Assembly: GCF_032062105.1 (NCBI RefSeq)
Contig: NW_026933222.1
Coordinates: 186,001 to 250,000 of the forward strand
DNA length: 64,000 nucleotides
Direction of reading: 5' to 3'
Source: Saccostrea cucullata
Taxonomy: Eukaryota
The notes beneath the pieces were generated by a model. The model searched no databases. It was not told where the DNA came from and worked only from the letters and a program-made list of their open reading frames with translations. This document shows, piece by piece, positions 61,701 through 64,000 of this stretch (position 1 is the first letter of the stretch; every line of letters begins with the position of its first letter). The position numbers and the translations under genes were made by a program.

Positions 61701-63423
61701 AAAAACGTGACCACATATATAGTGTAAATCAATCTCATGCTCAGAATAAAAGTACTTTTATAGAATATTAATAAGCTATGCATTAATTTATTAAATAAAT
61801 AAATTTTATCAGGTTACCTCTCCTTTATTGTCCTTTGCATAATAATCCATTTCTGGCACATCAACCAGTTTAACTTTGGCACAAGGAAGAGGGCAACCAA
61901 CATGGCCTACATTTCACATATAAAGTGACATTTTATGTAGTAGGATATTAAATCACAAAAGAAACTTAATTTTAAAACAATTTCAATATAGATCATTAAG
62001 CTGTATGAGAAAAGTAACCCTATAATTCATTTTAAACCTTTAAATAAAGTTAGCTAGGTATGCAAAATCAGAAGATGAGAAGTACTATCTTCTCTATTTA
62101 ATCATCTTTACCTATTGAAGGATCCCCTGGTATACTGAATGTAATTCCAGCTGTGGCCTCTGTCTGTCCATACCCCTCCATGACCTGAATAAAAATGATA
62201 TTTATGGCAATGATGAAATGATATTGTTAACAGAGAACAAGCTAGCTGAATTAGAACTCACCACACAACCCAATGCTGTCCTGATGAATTTAAAAACTTG
62301 ATATACAGTATAAAGAGAGAGTAACTAGCTGAATTAAAACTCACCACACAACCAAATGCTGCCCTGATGAACTTGAAAACTTTGGCCTCCAGTGGAGCAG
62401 ACCCAGTGATGACAATCTTCACTCTTCCTCCCAATAATTTCTGTACTTTCCCAAACAGCAGTTTATCCCAGATACTATTTTTTCTCACAATACCACTGTT
62501 ATAAAAAGAAATTCTTATTAAAATCATATCTTTGTTGCACCCCAAAATTTTGATAGTCATTGTACGAGGACTATCAGAATTTTGAAGTGTTTCACATTCA
62601 CCTCGCCCTTTGCATCCTGACAGTAAATTTTGTACTCCTCAGGTAGTTAAGGTCAAGATCTAGTAATAAATGACATTACACTGATTTTTTGTGTAGATTC
62701 ATTATGATGTCATAATCAACTCTCTTTTTCCCGTATTTTACGCCTTTAGCAGAATTATGTAGAAATTAGGGTATTTTCATGGCATTCAATTTAAAATCAA
62801 ATGAAAAGTAATCCTGATACCTATATCAATTTTGATACTATTTTAAAGAAGAGGCCATGAAGATAAAATTACTGTTTTCTGAGAGACTGAATGCAATTTC
62901 GATACGTTTCCTTTGTCGAATATGGGAAAAAAACTCCCAACAGCATATTCATTGTTTTTCTTAATTATTCATTGAAAATGACAGTTTAAAATATGGTTTT
63001 TCGTCTTATTTACCTACAAATTATGCCCAGAAACACCTTATTTGACCAAGCTAAAGTTGTAAAGCATCATTAAAGGAATTTATTTCTCAAATTTGACAAA
63101 TCAATAGGCATCTTTCATTTACTAGATCTTGACATAATATCATTGTTTCATTGACCTAAAAAAGAGCAAATTAATATTTCAAAGACCTGAAATTTTCTCT
63201 GCGACACATTTCTTATATATATGAGGTCATCTAACCAGGTTTTACTGATATTTACCCCCTGGTACATATTTGCTTATATCCATAATGTATGCATCTAAGA
63301 ATTATTACCGTATATAAACAGAAAAATCACACAGACTGACCTTTCAACTTCCTGAGATTTTGCTGCCACTGCCCATTCCAACAGCTTTGACTTGAATGCA
63401 CTGCCTTGTACACTGTTTTCAAT
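56597..63423 (-). CDS. ACSL: Long-chain fatty acid-CoA ligase (ACSL1/5/6-like), 3' portion. Exons 63423-63341, 62495-62345, 62184-62112, 61906-61818, 61373-61257, 61117-61064, 60728-60639, 60243-60142, 59060-58989, 56737-56597; 5' part lies beyond the window
   Basis: [56 protein letters not shown]; phases join in frame. Confidence 0.95.
57078..58757 (-). mobile_element. HINE/Helentron element carrying ~8.5 x 166-bp satellite monomers (oyster Cg170/HindIII-like)
   Basis: Ends AACAAGAGGCCCATGGGCC..GCTCACCTGAGC and GCTCACTTGAGCCTTCGGCTCAGGTGAGCTAAAAA; 166-bp period. Confidence 0.9.
59161..60000. mobile_element. Non-autonomous Tc1/mariner-like element
   Basis: TIRs TATACTGACACACAAAAGAAACGCAA and TTGCGTTTCTTTTGCGTGTCAGTATA; TA flanks. 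Confidence 0.8.
60381..60583. mobile_element. Tigger/pogo-like MITE
   Basis: TACAGTAAAACTCGGTTATAACGAA and TTCGTACTAAACAAGTTTTGCTGTA. Confidence 0.65.
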
Positions 63424-64000
63424 CTATAAAAGGATAAAAAAAACCCTGGTATTTCAGGACTGAAATACTGCAGACATACTTTTTTCCACGGGGTCATAAT
63501 TCCGCGGAATCTCAATTTCTGTTTAATCTGCGGGTAGAAGATTATGCGGATTTCTTAGACTGTCACTATATGCTTTACGTTTATATTAAGTATGCTTGGA
63601 CAAATTTCCGCAGAAAATTTGTAACCGCGTACATAGCGTTAATTAATACCATGTGGAAAAAAGTACTTCTAGAGTATTTAAATTTTGTCTAAAATGTTTG
63701 AACTCTTTTTTCTGCATAATTGGAAGCCTTCCCTGAATTTGCTGCACTCTTTTGGCATACATCTTTTAAAGAAGATTGTGTACCTTCTCCAAATATAATA
63801 CAGTTGAACTTCTGCATTTCAAGCAAAAATATCTTGAACAACATAAATATGTTGATGTGTGTTCAAAGTCACAACACGACAACATCATGTATTTTAACCT
63901 CAATATCTCAGTTTTTCTCAGCCCCACTGAGTTCTAGATAACAAATTTTACTGTATATAAGCTTTTTTAAATCTAAAACATGCTTTAATGAATAAAAAAT

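Overview
AT-rich, intron-rich eukaryotic DNA, most likely a bivalve mollusc and probably an oyster (inferred from a ~166-bp satellite carried in Helentron-type HINE elements). Host genes: two tandem minus-strand Na+/Ca2+ exchangers (NCX/SLC8; one complete with 10 coding exons, one running off the left edge); SNU13 (15.5K) head-to-head with the meiotic recombinase DMC1, which has a U12-type intron; and the 3' part of a long-chain acyl-CoA synthetase (ACSL). The rest is mostly nested mobile DNA. (1) A decayed Gypsy LTR element is flanked by a 60-bp duplication, and its left LTR holds four nested insertions. (2) The most interesting object is a Ngaro/DIRS-type split-direct-repeat element (A1-ORFs-B1-A2-B2, 33613-40453). 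It has no RT, RNase H or tyrosine recombinase, but keeps an intact gag and an SGNH hydrolase that appears to be expressed by in-frame splicing from the gag N-terminus. An intact, intron-containing hAT transposon with a 6-bp TSD has inserted into the hydrolase's catalytic His codon. All coordinates were read by eye; no searches were run.
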